Virus record (IMG/VR): IMGVR_UViG_3300021142_000021
Coordinates: 18,376-82,375 of that record
Strand: one strand, 5' to 3'
Source of the DNA: a virus
DNA length: 64,000 nt
Shown: piece after piece, positions 42,878 to 52,187 of the stretch
Layout: each line of letters begins with the position of its first letter
How positions within the stretch are numbered: the first letter of the stretch is position 1
Notes under the pieces: generated by a model
What the model was told of the DNA's origin: nothing
Database searches by the model: none
Seen by the model: the letters and a program-made list of their open reading frames with translations, nothing else
Translations under genes and position numbers: made by a program

Positions 42878-44307
42878 AGAAAGTTGCTGTAGTAATTTGT
42901 GGTCAGTATCGAGAATTCGATATCGCATTTAGGTCATGGAAGTTTCTAAATCTTCCATTAGACGTTGATATCTATTTGTCGACATGGGATACGTCATACG
43001 AGGAGTTGTATGATACGTTTAATACACCAGCGGGTCCTATTGAGACAATTACTATCGATCGCATATTAAAGACAGTACCTAACATCAAAGATTATAAACT
43101 TAGCACAGAACCAGTCCCACGGATCAATACCATACATAAATTTGAATACCATATAAAAACTGGTTTACAGTTAATGATAGATTCTAATATAGAATATGAC
43201 TATGTTATGATAATTCGTACTGATATGTGGTTAACAAATGGAATAAGATTTGATCAAATCTTATTGGCTGATTTTTTACCAGATGATGTTGTATATGGGC
43301 CAAGCGAGTTAAATTTCAACGAACCATTTTACGGACCTTGGGTAATAGATTGTTTTTTAATAGGCAATTATAAGACGATGAAAAAGTTTACAAAATTATC
43401 ATTAAGGCCGGATGATGATTTTGGTTCAGAGCGTATGTTCGGAGACTTTTATGTGGCTGAAAATCTCCGAGCTGTACCTATACCGGGTATGTATGAATTG
43501 TTGGGTGTAAGATCTAATAGTAGAGATTTACCGAGATTCACAGAGGCCGCTATTAGAAAGAAAACAAAGGAATGGTGGAACTTAAAACATCCAGAAAATG
43601 CAGTAGAACTTAATTCAGTAAAGAAAGTTGCCGTACTAATATGTGGGCAATATAGAGAATTCGAAACTGCTGTCAAGTCGTGGAAATTTATGCCACCCGG
43701 TATGGAATACGACATGTATATGTCCACATGGAATACAACGTATGAAGAATTATACGACGGAGAATGGACACCTGCAACTGATATAGAAGAAGTAACTACA
43801 GAAAGAATAAGAAAAATAATCGGGTTAAAAGATTGCAAAACCTTCACAGAAATAAGCGGACCAACATTAAATAGGTTTGTATTTCTTATAAAGGCAGGAA
43901 TCAATATGATGATTGATTCTGGTATAGATTACGAATATGTTATAATAATTAGACCAGATTTATGGGTAGTTGATTCAATGATAAGTGGTATAACAGAAAT
44001 ATTTAAAGAGCCTATTCCAAATAATGTTTCTTATGGGACAGGATTATTAATGAATGATGTTAATAATCTTCCCTGGGCTATGGATTGTATATGGATAGCC
44101 AATCAGCTAACCATAGAGAAATTCTTAGAATTTCCAGACAATAATCCAAATTATGGTATGGAATCGTTACTAGGTTCTTTCTATACCACTAATAAAATTG
44201 AAGTAAGATTAATACCCAATGAGTGGGAAATGGCTATAGTAAGATCGAATTGCAAAGATCTACCAGAATTTACAGAAGAAGCTATTAGAAAAAAATCTAT
44301 AGAATAG
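42874..44307 (+). CDS. Tandem two-domain glycosyltransferase family A, copy 9
   Basis: Two KKVAVxICGQYREF...STW...IRxD repeats. Confidence 0.65.
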   Translation: MKKVAVVICGQYREFDIAFRSWKFLNLPLDVDIYLSTWDTSYEELYDTFNTPAGPIETITIDRILKTVPNIKDYKLSTEPVPRINTIHKFEYHIKTGLQLMIDSNIEYDYVMIIRTDMWLTNGIRFDQILLADFLPDDVVYGPSELNFNEPFYGPWVIDCFLIGNYKTMKKFTKLSLRPDDDFGSERMFGDFYVAENLRAVPIPGMYELLGVRSNSRDLPRFTEAAIRKKTKEWWNLKHPENAVELNSVKKVAVLICGQYREFETAVKSWKFMPPGMEYDMYMSTWNTTYEELYDGEWTPATDIEEVTTERIRKIIGLKDCKTFTEISGPTLNRFVFLIKAGINMMIDSGIDYEYVIIIRPDLWVVDSMISGITEIFKEPIPNNVSYGTGLLMNDVNNLPWAMDCIWIANQLTIEKFLEFPDNNPNYGMESLLGSFYTTNKIEVRLIPNEWEMAIVRSNCKDLPEFTEEAIRKKSIE

Positions 44308-44339
44308 TATCATCTAAAACATCCGGAAAGTATAATATT

Positions 44340-45305
44340 ATGAAAAATTATAAATTAGGCGTCGGACCCATGAGTCACGAAATCATTGAGTCTATTAATG
44401 AATACGGAGAGACTAATAAATTAATGGTAGTGGCATCACGCAATCAAGTTGACTATAATCATGGTTATGTATGTACCTCTAAAGAATTAACTAACCTAAT
44501 TCTTAATCCTGGTATTCTTATTTGTCGAGATCATTGCGGACCTTATTTTAGCGACTCTGATAAAGGCCTGTCATTGGCCGCAGCTATGGATGAATGTAAA
44601 AAGACTATAACAGAAGATATTGAGGCAGGATTTGACCTCATACATATCGACGTATCAAAGATAGCCGACAATCAATTTGTATACGCTAAGGAACTAATCG
44701 AGTTTACATTAGATCTTAGTCCAAATATTATGATGGAGTTCGGCAGCGAAAATAATACAGGTAAAAACTTAGATAATAGCTTATCTCATATTAGTGAACA
44801 ATTAGATTTCATTACACAATATGCAGGTAATATTGTATTCTTTGTCACACAGACGGGAAGCTTTACACAACATAAGCAGATGGGATCATTTGATGTTAAT
44901 TTCAATACGCCAATAGCACAACGGATTCACGAAGCAGGGTTCCTATTCAAAGAACATAATGCAGACTATCTTACAAAAGAAGAAGTTAAATTGCGAAGTG
45001 CAGGAGTCGATGCACTGAATATTGCACCGCAATTAGGAACAGTTCAAACAAGAATTTTACAGGATCTATCTAAGAATAGTGTAGAGTGGATTGATTTTGC
45101 AAACGCTGTTTATAAATCAAATCTCTGGGCCAGATGGATGCCGGCAGATCTACATGATAATAATATGGCTGTTATTGTAGCCGGACATTACATGTTTCAT
45201 ACACCCGAATATAAGAAATTAATTAAATCTATTGATTCGGAGTTATTCAACTCACAACTTAAGAAAGAGATGTTTGACATCTTCGATACATATACAAAGG
45301 ACTAA
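44340..45305 (+). CDS. GatZ/KbaZ-like tagatose-phosphate aldolase subunit or 4-epimerase
   Basis: ASRNQVD...RDHCGP...HID...KEHNADYL...NIAPQLG. Confidence 0.7.
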   Translation: MKNYKLGVGPMSHEIIESINEYGETNKLMVVASRNQVDYNHGYVCTSKELTNLILNPGILICRDHCGPYFSDSDKGLSLAAAMDECKKTITEDIEAGFDLIHIDVSKIADNQFVYAKELIEFTLDLSPNIMMEFGSENNTGKNLDNSLSHISEQLDFITQYAGNIVFFVTQTGSFTQHKQMGSFDVNFNTPIAQRIHEAGFLFKEHNADYLTKEEVKLRSAGVDALNIAPQLGTVQTRILQDLSKNSVEWIDFANAVYKSNLWARWMPADLHDNNMAVIVAGHYMFHTPEYKKLIKSIDSELFNSQLKKEMFDIFDTYTKD

Positions 45306-45306
45306 T

Positions 45307-45435
45307 ATGAACTGGATTAAAAAATGGATAAGCGATAACTGGTTAACAAGATTACTTGCGAAACGTCGCACCGAAAAAAGATATAAGAAGAAGTTAGCAG
45401 AAATTAAAAAACGAGATCCGTTTATTTACAAATGA
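45307..45435 (+). CDS. Small basic protein ending DPFIYK, coupled to the carbamoyltransferase
   Basis: 42 aa; ATGA overlap with next gene. Confidence 0.65.
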   Translation: MNWIKKWISDNWLTRLLAKRRTEKRYKKKLAEIKKRDPFIYK

Positions 45436-46904
45436 ATATAATTTGGGGAATCTGTGCTCTCAACCATGATGCATCTATTACGGTGATGTCTGGTAATGAA
45501 ATCCTATTTGCAGGGCACTCTGAAAGGTATTCGAGAGTTAAGAATGATCCATATTTAGATAAGGGTCTAATCGAGGCTGCTGCAAAATTCGGAACACCAT
45601 CTGAGTTTATTTGGTTTGAAAGACCTTATGTAAAGAAGACGCGACAAGCATATGCGAAACAATGGAATGAAGTTAAGTCTATATCTCCTGCTGCATACTT
45701 GAAATCAGTCGGGTTAGGTAATGTACCTATTACATATAAATCTCACCACGAGTCTCATGCCGCCGCTGGCTACTTTACTTCGCCATTCGATGACGCTGCG
45801 GTTATAGTCGTAGATGCTATCGGTGAGTGGGATACTATTTCTATTTGGCATGCTAAAGGAAACGAAATGAGGAAAGTAAACTCATCTCGTTATCCTAGCT
45901 CTTTAGGATTAATGTATTCTGCTGTTACTGACCGTATCGGGCTAAAGGCAAACGAAGAAGAGTATATTCTTATGGGTATGGCCGCATACGGACAACCAAT
46001 CTACTATGATGATCTAAAGAAAGACTTTATGAAGGACTGCCGGGCCCCTGATTTTGTATTAAAAGAGAATCTACATCGAGGCATGCGTTGGTGGCACCCA
46101 GAAATTCAATCTGAACAAGATTATATGAATCTTGCAGCAAGCATTCAGAAGATTACTGAAGAATTCATGTGTGATATTACACGCTGGGCCAGTGAAAATA
46201 TTCCATCTAAGAATTTAGTATTAATGGGCGGCTGTGCGTTGAATTGTGTTGCTAATGAAAAGATTGCAAGACAAAATCTATTTGATGATATTTGGATTAT
46301 GCCTAATCCGGGTGATGCAGGAAGTTCACTGGGTGCAATTCTTGCACATACCAAACAAAAAGCAATATGGGCAGGTCCATTCTTAGGTACTAAGATTAAG
46401 AGATTGTTTGATGTAAAGGCTACAGTCGATGCTCTTGTAAAGGGTAATATTATCGGTATGGCAACAGGGAGAGCAGAATATGGGCCACGAGCATTAGGTA
46501 ATCGCTCACTCCTTGCAGATCCGCGTGGCGATAGTATTAAGGACAAGGTAAATGATATTAAGAAGCGGCAACGCTTCCGGCCATTTGCGCCTATGGTGTT
46601 AGAGCATGTAGCACATGAATATTTTGATATGCCTGTGAAAACATCTCCCTACATGCAATATACGGCCAGGTGTTTACGACCCGATTTGTATCCTGCAATC
46701 TGCCACGTAGATGGAACCTCAAGAGTGCAGACACTGAATATAGATCAAAACAGAACGATGTATCTTGTACTCGAAGAGTTCTATAGAAGAACAGGATGCC
46801 CTATCCTATTAAACACAAGTCTTAATATCAAAGGCGAACCGCTTGTTGATACATGGGCTGATGCTATAAAATTTCAAAATAAATATAAGGTGCAAATGTT
46901 CTAA
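45432..46904 (+). CDS. O-carbamoyltransferase (NodU/CmcH/TobZ family)
   Basis: HDAS, HHESHAAA, DAIGE, GGCALN, GPRALGNRS, LNTSLN. Confidence 0.95.
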   Translation: MNIIWGICALNHDASITVMSGNEILFAGHSERYSRVKNDPYLDKGLIEAAAKFGTPSEFIWFERPYVKKTRQAYAKQWNEVKSISPAAYLKSVGLGNVPITYKSHHESHAAAGYFTSPFDDAAVIVVDAIGEWDTISIWHAKGNEMRKVNSSRYPSSLGLMYSAVTDRIGLKANEEEYILMGMAAYGQPIYYDDLKKDFMKDCRAPDFVLKENLHRGMRWWHPEIQSEQDYMNLAASIQKITEEFMCDITRWASENIPSKNLVLMGGCALNCVANEKIARQNLFDDIWIMPNPGDAGSSLGAILAHTKQKAIWAGPFLGTKIKRLFDVKATVDALVKGNIIGMATGRAEYGPRALGNRSLLADPRGDSIKDKVNDIKKRQRFRPFAPMVLEHVAHEYFDMPVKTSPYMQYTARCLRPDLYPAICHVDGTSRVQTLNIDQNRTMYLVLEEFYRRTGCPILLNTSLNIKGEPLVDTWADAIKFQNKYKVQMF

Positions 46905-47611
46905 TGAAGATTATTATTCCGATGGCAGGTCTTGGTAGTAGATTTACTGAACAAGGATATACTGATCCTAAACCTTTTATCAACGTAAATGGTAAACCTA
47001 TGATTCGACGTGTAGTTGAGTCACTTAATCTTCCGCAACACGAATATATCTTTATATGTAAGAAAGAGCATATGGGTGCCTACAACATGAAGGGTATCTT
47101 CCCGGATTTAAAATTTGATATTGTAGAACTCCCATATACCCTGAAGGGCGCCGCCCTTAGTGTATACCTGGCTGAAAGGATCATTAAGCACGACGAAGAT
47201 GTATTAATTGTTAACAGTGATCAACTATTCACATATAATAGTGATAGCGTAGAATCTGCTAGAGAATCCGGAGTAGATGGCGCAATTTGGTGTTTCTACG
47301 GCACAGGACCTAAGTGGTCATATGCTAGATTAGATACAGAAGGATATGTTGTTGAAGTTGCAGAGAAGAAACAGATAAGTCAGTTTGCAACCGGCGGTAT
47401 GTATTATTGGAAGAGCTTTCATAACTTTATGAAATGCGTAGATAGAATGATTATCAATGAAGACACAACAAATGGCGAATATTATGTTGCACCAGTTTAC
47501 AATCACATGTCTCCCGGCCATAAAGTTACAATTAAATTATTAGGTGATATCGACCAACTAGGTACGCCAGAGGAATTGAGAGCGTATGAAGATAAAATAC
47601 GCATACATTGA
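46904..47611 (+). CDS. Sugar nucleotidyltransferase (capsule-locus type)
   Basis: IIIPMAGLGSRF...PKPFI...EKKQIS...NGEYYVAPVYN. Confidence 0.85.
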   Translation: MKIIIPMAGLGSRFTEQGYTDPKPFINVNGKPMIRRVVESLNLPQHEYIFICKKEHMGAYNMKGIFPDLKFDIVELPYTLKGAALSVYLAERIIKHDEDVLIVNSDQLFTYNSDSVESARESGVDGAIWCFYGTGPKWSYARLDTEGYVVEVAEKKQISQFATGGMYYWKSFHNFMKCVDRMIINEDTTNGEYYVAPVYNHMSPGHKVTIKLLGDIDQLGTPEELRAYEDKIRIH

Positions 47612-48476
47612 GACTACCAACTATTGTAACCTACGATGCGTAACGTGCAATAGACAAGACGTCATCGGTCCGCTCAAACACATGAGCGTAGACAATTTTA
47701 GCCAATTAATGGTGAAATTAGAGGACCAACCTATACAAGAGGCAAAGCTGATGGGGATGGGCGAACCGTTCTTACATCCACAGTTTTCTGCTATAACACG
47801 CAAATTCAAAAATATATTCCCCAATGCCAAACTTATAAGTGCTACTAATGCACAATATCTGCTAACACAGAATATGGTAGACTCTATGAAGTATATCGAC
47901 ATGCTCTATATAAGTATCGACGGGGCACACGAAAATTATGAACGTATGCGTACTCCAGCCAAGTGGGATAGACTAATTAAATTTTTAGAAGACCTACAAC
48001 ATGTAAATAGATATAACTGCGAAGTAGTAGTTAATTATACTATATCACCCGGTATCGTATATGACATACCTATTATTGAAGAACTTGCACAAGAATACAA
48101 TTTAGGTGAATTGAGACTTAATCTTGTTCAGAACTGGAACGAAGATGAAGGCACCACAACAGGTTATACTGAAGCTGAGTTAAATTTCCTAGACAAATAT
48201 AAAGGCAGGATTAAAGGTAAGGCTCCATGGACTTGGAGCGATTGTATGTGGATTAAGGAAGGATTCTATTCCACAGTCGAAGGTAATGTAAAGGTATGTT
48301 GCATGAATACCGCTGCCAAATCTTTAGGAAATATATTTGAAAGTAGTTTAGATGAGATATTCAAGAGTAGGGAATTCAAAGCAATCAGGTGGGGATGCAA
48401 AACAGATGAACCAACCGATCATTGTCTAACATGTTCCTATAAAGAGTTATCTTCACTATTAAAAAGGTATATATGA
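47586..48476 (+). CDS. Radical SAM/SPASM-twitch protein
   Basis: CNLRCVTC, GMGEP, C-terminal C...CC...CxxC. Confidence 0.9.
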   Translation: MKIKYAYIETTNYCNLRCVTCNRQDVIGPLKHMSVDNFSQLMVKLEDQPIQEAKLMGMGEPFLHPQFSAITRKFKNIFPNAKLISATNAQYLLTQNMVDSMKYIDMLYISIDGAHENYERMRTPAKWDRLIKFLEDLQHVNRYNCEVVVNYTISPGIVYDIPIIEELAQEYNLGELRLNLVQNWNEDEGTTTGYTEAELNFLDKYKGRIKGKAPWTWSDCMWIKEGFYSTVEGNVKVCCMNTAAKSLGNIFESSLDEIFKSREFKAIRWGCKTDEPTDHCLTCSYKELSSLLKRYI

Positions 48477-49477
48477 AACAATGGTTAAGTAATATAAAAC
48501 GAGTGGATGTATTGCCCCGCCCCGGAGGTACTGATCTAAGATATTCCGAATGGACACAATCGTTGCCGCCTAAGCTATTCAAGAAGTTTGTTAAAACTCT
48601 TACATGGGAAGACTTTGCATTATATCCCGACACCAATCTACTTAAAACTAAACTAGCAGAACATCATGATATATATCTATCTAATATCTATTTAGGGCCG
48701 GGTAGTGCTGAGTGCATAAGCAATGTGTTTGAATGCTTCTCCGAACATCAGGTAATTACAACAACTATGCCTTGTTTCCCAATGTACGATGTATATACAG
48801 CACAGAATAATTTAACTCTAAATAAAGTATACCCTACACAAGATCTCGGATATGATGTGAGTGAGTTTATTTATGGAAACCTAATAGTAATTTCTAGGCC
48901 ATCTAACCCAACAGGTTATTTCTTTACAAGGGAGGATATAATTAAGATGTTGAGGCACGATTCTGGTAGATGGGTTCTTGTTGACGAAGCATACATAGAT
49001 TATGTTGAGAATAAAGATAGTATTACAGATCTTATAAATCGATACGATAATCTAATTATATCTCGTAGTTTCTCAAAGGTATTCGGTGCCGCCGGTTGCA
49101 GAGTAGGATATCTTATCTCTCACTCACGGAACATCGATCTAATTTCTAAACTTAGACCTATGTATGAGGTTACTGGACCTTCGCAACGCTATGCAATGTT
49201 TCTACTCGATAACCAGACCGAGATAGAAAAGTATTGTAAGAAAACAATACAAGAAAGAAAAAAGCTCTGCAAACTATTTGAGTCTGCAAAGCTCGATGTT
49301 ATCTCATCTCAGGGTAATTGGATTCACGTGCAACAAACTGATGAGTTAGTTGCTGCATTAGATAAAAATAATATTCACGTAAAGAAGAATACTACATTAC
49401 CTTACAGAGACGGGTTATGGTTGAGAATTACTGTCGGTCCCGGCTTGCTTAGCCTTTTCAAAGAAATCATCCATTAA
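48473..49477 (+). CDS. PLP-dependent class I/II aminotransferase (HisC/CobD-like)
   Basis: PSNPTG, VDEAY, RSFSKVFGAAGCRVGY. Confidence 0.9.
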   Translation: MKQWLSNIKRVDVLPRPGGTDLRYSEWTQSLPPKLFKKFVKTLTWEDFALYPDTNLLKTKLAEHHDIYLSNIYLGPGSAECISNVFECFSEHQVITTTMPCFPMYDVYTAQNNLTLNKVYPTQDLGYDVSEFIYGNLIVISRPSNPTGYFFTREDIIKMLRHDSGRWVLVDEAYIDYVENKDSITDLINRYDNLIISRSFSKVFGAAGCRVGYLISHSRNIDLISKLRPMYEVTGPSQRYAMFLLDNQTEIEKYCKKTIQERKKLCKLFESAKLDVISSQGNWIHVQQTDELVAALDKNNIHVKKNTTLPYRDGLWLRITVGPGLLSLFKEIIH

Positions 49478-49771
49478 CATATTGTGATTGTCGATATAAA
49501 TATCAGCATTAGGTTTTCCAAAGTATATTCTATCAAAATGTAATCCCCAACTATTTAATTGCTTAGTTGTCATTTCTCTGTACTTCTTATCAGCCGCAAT
49601 AGGATCATCATTACACGATTTCATACCTCTACTTGTATAGATAATAATTTCGTGCCCTTGTTCAAACAGACTGTTTAGATAGGAAATTCTATCATTGTAC
49701 GGATTACGTAGATTAACATCGGGATTAAATTCGTCGCATAACACTCCGTCTATATCTATAACTATTCTCAT
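49415..49771 (-). CDS. HAD phosphatase (capsule-biosynthesis type)
   Basis: IDIDGVLC...YTSRG...FGKPNADIYIDN. Confidence 0.8.
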   Translation of the reverse strand: MRIVIDIDGVLCDEFNPDVNLRNPYNDRISYLNSLFEQGHEIIIYTSRGMKSCNDDPIAADKKYREMTTKQLNSWGLHFDRIYFGKPNADIYIDNHNMLMDDFFEKAKQAGTDSNSQP

Positions 49772-50220
49772 TAAGCACCTTTAAAAATTGAAAAGTTGTC
49801 ACAGCATATACCTAACGGGTTTAGTGAACCTGCCTGAATTTCTTTAATAATTCTACTATCATTGGGCATAACCATTATACCATCGTGTGTTCGAATACCG
49901 GTATTAGCCCATTTAATCCCTTTCGATGTGAATACATAATCATCCTTATCGTGCCAGAATACATGTACTTTCGGGTTATTGTAAAGACTTACATATCCTT
50001 GTAAATCTTTAGCATGAGTCCATATTTGCGGACGCTCTAAGAAGGATAATTCAATTTCTTCTCTCGGAACATCATGACCTAAATACCATTTATGATTGAT
50101 AAGCCACACATCAATCTCTACGTCATACCCTGCAGCAATTGCCTCTTCTATATATGCAGTTGTGTTTTCCTTTAACTCATTACGACCTTTATAATTACCA
50201 CGGTGTGCTATCCTAATCAT
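49771..50220 (-). CDS. Glycerophosphodiester phosphodiesterase-like protein
   Basis: IAHRGN...EN...DVEIDVW...LGHD...HAK. Confidence 0.75.
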   Translation of the reverse strand: MIRIAHRGNYKGRNELKENTTAYIEEAIAAGYDVEIDVWLINHKWYLGHDVPREEIELSFLERPQIWTHAKDLQGYVSLYNNPKVHVFWHDKDDYVFTSKGIKWANTGIRTHDGIMVMPNDSRIIKEIQAGSLNPLGICCDNFSIFKGA

Positions 50221-50446
50221 CTTTAGTTACCTCACCCATCTTGCGTCCAGCCCATTGATAAATTTCAGCAAGTAGTTCACTTGCCTGTAATGCCATAGCT
50301 GAATGTTCTTCATCCAATCCTGGATGATCTCCTAACGCTACCTCAATATGATTACACAGAATATGTGTTCTATCCATAACTTCGAAGTATAGAAACTTAT
50401 CAGGCACAACCGTATTATCGAAATCTTCACTGCGTAGTAAATCCAT
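50213..50446 (-). CDS. Hypothetical protein
   Basis: Packed ORF. Confidence 0.7.
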   Translation of the reverse strand: MDLLRSEDFDNTVVPDKFLYFEVMDRTHILCNHIEVALGDHPGLDEEHSAMALQASELLAEIYQWAGRKMGEVTKDD

Positions 50447-50447
50447 T

Positions 50448-50936
50448 TTATCTCCTCATCCTTGCTATTTCGGTTGCTTCTTCACTACTGAATACTGGTT
50501 GCAGGCAGCTCTTATGTAAAACTGCTATACCTAAGATATTCGTCCCTGTATACGTTGGCGACGGTTTAGACGAACAGGGTCCTGTGACCCAGACATCCAA
50601 CGAGGGAATATCATTGTCCACTTCCCTTGTAGACGTCGGGCCGCTGAAGCAATCATTGCCCACGGTCTTGACACGTTTGCCATTAGTAATCTTTTCGGGA
50701 GGGGTCTTCGAAAACGTTGAGTGAATTGGCGTTTGCCTCTTCTCTTTTTTGCTGTGCCCATACACGAACTCCATATACTGTTCAAATGTTTCTTTAGGAA
50801 GATGCATATCTTTTAGACGTTGATTTCTATCACGCCAGCCCCGTTCAAACTCTTCCTGCTTTGATTTTGTAATCTTTTCGACGCGCTTCTTATAGGAAGT
50901 TGTTGTAAGTGCTGGCCCGCACAGATGCATACTCAT
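50448..50936 (-). CDS. Conserved phage hypothetical protein
   Basis: YTGTNILGIAVLHKSCLQPVF...IARMRR, recognised from large phages. Confidence 0.75.
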   Translation of the reverse strand: MSMHLCGPALTTTSYKKRVEKITKSKQEEFERGWRDRNQRLKDMHLPKETFEQYMEFVYGHSKKEKRQTPIHSTFSKTPPEKITNGKRVKTVGNDCFSGPTSTREVDNDIPSLDVWVTGPCSSKPSPTYTGTNILGIAVLHKSCLQPVFSSEEATEIARMRR

Positions 50937-51151
50937 AATCTAAATTGTTTTAGTATTTTGTTTGCTGCACTTATATCAGCCACATCATCATTGAGCAAGG
51001 CAGACTTCATTGCTAATTCTGCACTATATAGAGTCATTATTTCGCTTGCATAATCAATATCATCACTACTCATTTTATTATACCAATCTTTTAAAGTAGC
51101 CTTGTTAATGCTTAGAAGGAAGTCTAGATTACTTCTATCGTAATCATTCAT
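50933..51151 (-). CDS. Hypothetical protein
   Basis: Probable start at MMND after GGAG; ATGA-coupled downstream. Confidence 0.6.
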   Translation of the reverse strand: MNDYDRSNLDFLLSINKATLKDWYNKMSSDDIDYASEIMTLYSAELAMKSALLNDDVADISAANKILKQFRL

Positions 51152-51371
51152 CATCTCTCCCAACGCACCTGACTGCTGCTGCTGCACCATAACATCCAGA
51201 CCCTGCATCACCATCTGAATAGGATCGTGCGTGAAGTTCAGCAGCATTGGCGCACTCTTCTATTAATAGTTTAGCGAACATTTCTATGCTGGCATCGTCT
51301 GCTTCGGAATTACCCGAACTAAATCTAGATATAGTTGCTTGTCTTGCAAGCTCTTTAATTCTTCTGTTCAT
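51144..51371 (-). CDS. Hypothetical protein (MNxRIKELAxQA family)
   Basis: Paralogue of the adjacent gene. Confidence 0.75.
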   Translation of the reverse strand: MNRRIKELARQATISRFSSGNSEADDASIEMFAKLLIEECANAAELHARSYSDGDAGSGCYGAAAAVRCVGRDDE

Positions 51372-51616
51372 TCTTTTATTCCGAAATGCTTTAACACATC
51401 TTTCCCGTACACCATTTCGTAAGGCTCGCCGTATTTGTCAAGCTGTTCATGCGAATCAATAAATGCCGCACATGCCTTGACAATCAACTCGGCGAATTTT
51501 TCCTTGCTAAATTCAAGACTTTCATATGCCCGGGGAGGTAGTCCACCATTGACATGCTGCTTTCTCATTTTTACAACCACTGCCTGTTTGGCAAGTTCTT
51601 TAATTCGTTCATTCAT
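51368..51616 (-). CDS. Hypothetical protein (MNxRIKELAxQA family)
   Basis: MNERIKELAKQA...FAELIV. Confidence 0.75.
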   Translation of the reverse strand: MNERIKELAKQAVVVKMRKQHVNGGLPPRAYESLEFSKEKFAELIVKACAAFIDSHEQLDKYGEPYEMVYGKDVLKHFGIKE

Positions 51617-51617
51617 A

Positions 51618-52130
51618 TTATTTCTTCTTTATCATATCGAACATTTTGAGTAAGGCTTCTGCATTACCTTTAGCATCATCAACTGGATGATGGGTATGTT
51701 TTGTTTCACGTAGGTGCTTGAAGGTTGACATAGTATCTCCTGCTATTCCCTTATAGAAGGATCCGATATTAGCAGATGACCACCCAAACGGGTTGCGTCC
51801 GAGTTGTTGCCAAAAGTAATAATTTAGGAAGGCTGCATCGTAGCCATTATTGTCCGACCACAGGATAGGTCGTCCACTTACGTTCTTGTTTAGCCATATC
51901 TCGAAGTTTTGCATAGCATCTCGTGGATCAGGAAACTTTAATGTCTCTGGACGAGAGAATCCGCTAATAGCAAGTGCTTCGGGAATATAAATCTCTGAAA
52001 TTGGTTTTAGTTGTGCGTAGAATGTACGCTGTAATCCTGCTTCAACAATAACTGCTCCAAAGCAAATCATTGAATGCATTCCAGGACAAGGTCCATCGCT
52101 CTCGACATCTACTGATACATTTCGACTCAT
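51618..52130 (-). CDS. DEDDh 3'-5' exonuclease
   Basis: VDVESDGP...DNNGYD...HHPVDDA. Confidence 0.85.
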   Translation of the reverse strand: MSRNVSVDVESDGPCPGMHSMICFGAVIVEAGLQRTFYAQLKPISEIYIPEALAISGFSRPETLKFPDPRDAMQNFEIWLNKNVSGRPILWSDNNGYDAAFLNYYFWQQLGRNPFGWSSANIGSFYKGIAGDTMSTFKHLRETKHTHHPVDDAKGNAEALLKMFDMIKKK

Positions 52131-52152
52131 AAAATACTTTCTATAAAAGTAC

Positions 52153-52181
52153 AGTATACACTCTCTTAAGAGTCAAGTCAA
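52153..52181 (-). promoter_or_regulatory. Sigma70-type promoter TTGACT-N17-TATACT
   Basis: Upstream of the exonuclease gene. Confidence 0.7.
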
Positions 52182-52187
52182 CTAGAC

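Noticed and set aside
505-48636. Many short antisense or alternate-frame ORFs in the track (e.g. 1322-1831, 43449-43904, 46145-46546)
   Set aside because: They lie within well-supported genes and show no motifs or ribosome-binding sites.
49415-49477. 63-bp convergent overlap of the aminotransferase and HAD genes
   Set aside because: The overlap is real, but it is most simply explained by loss of a stop codon extending the HAD tail; there is no evidence of function.
21414-50220. Bacterial capsule or O-antigen locus (host contamination)
   Set aside because: It is continuous with phage structural genes, has similar composition and phage late promoters, and has no wzx/wzy/kps export genes.
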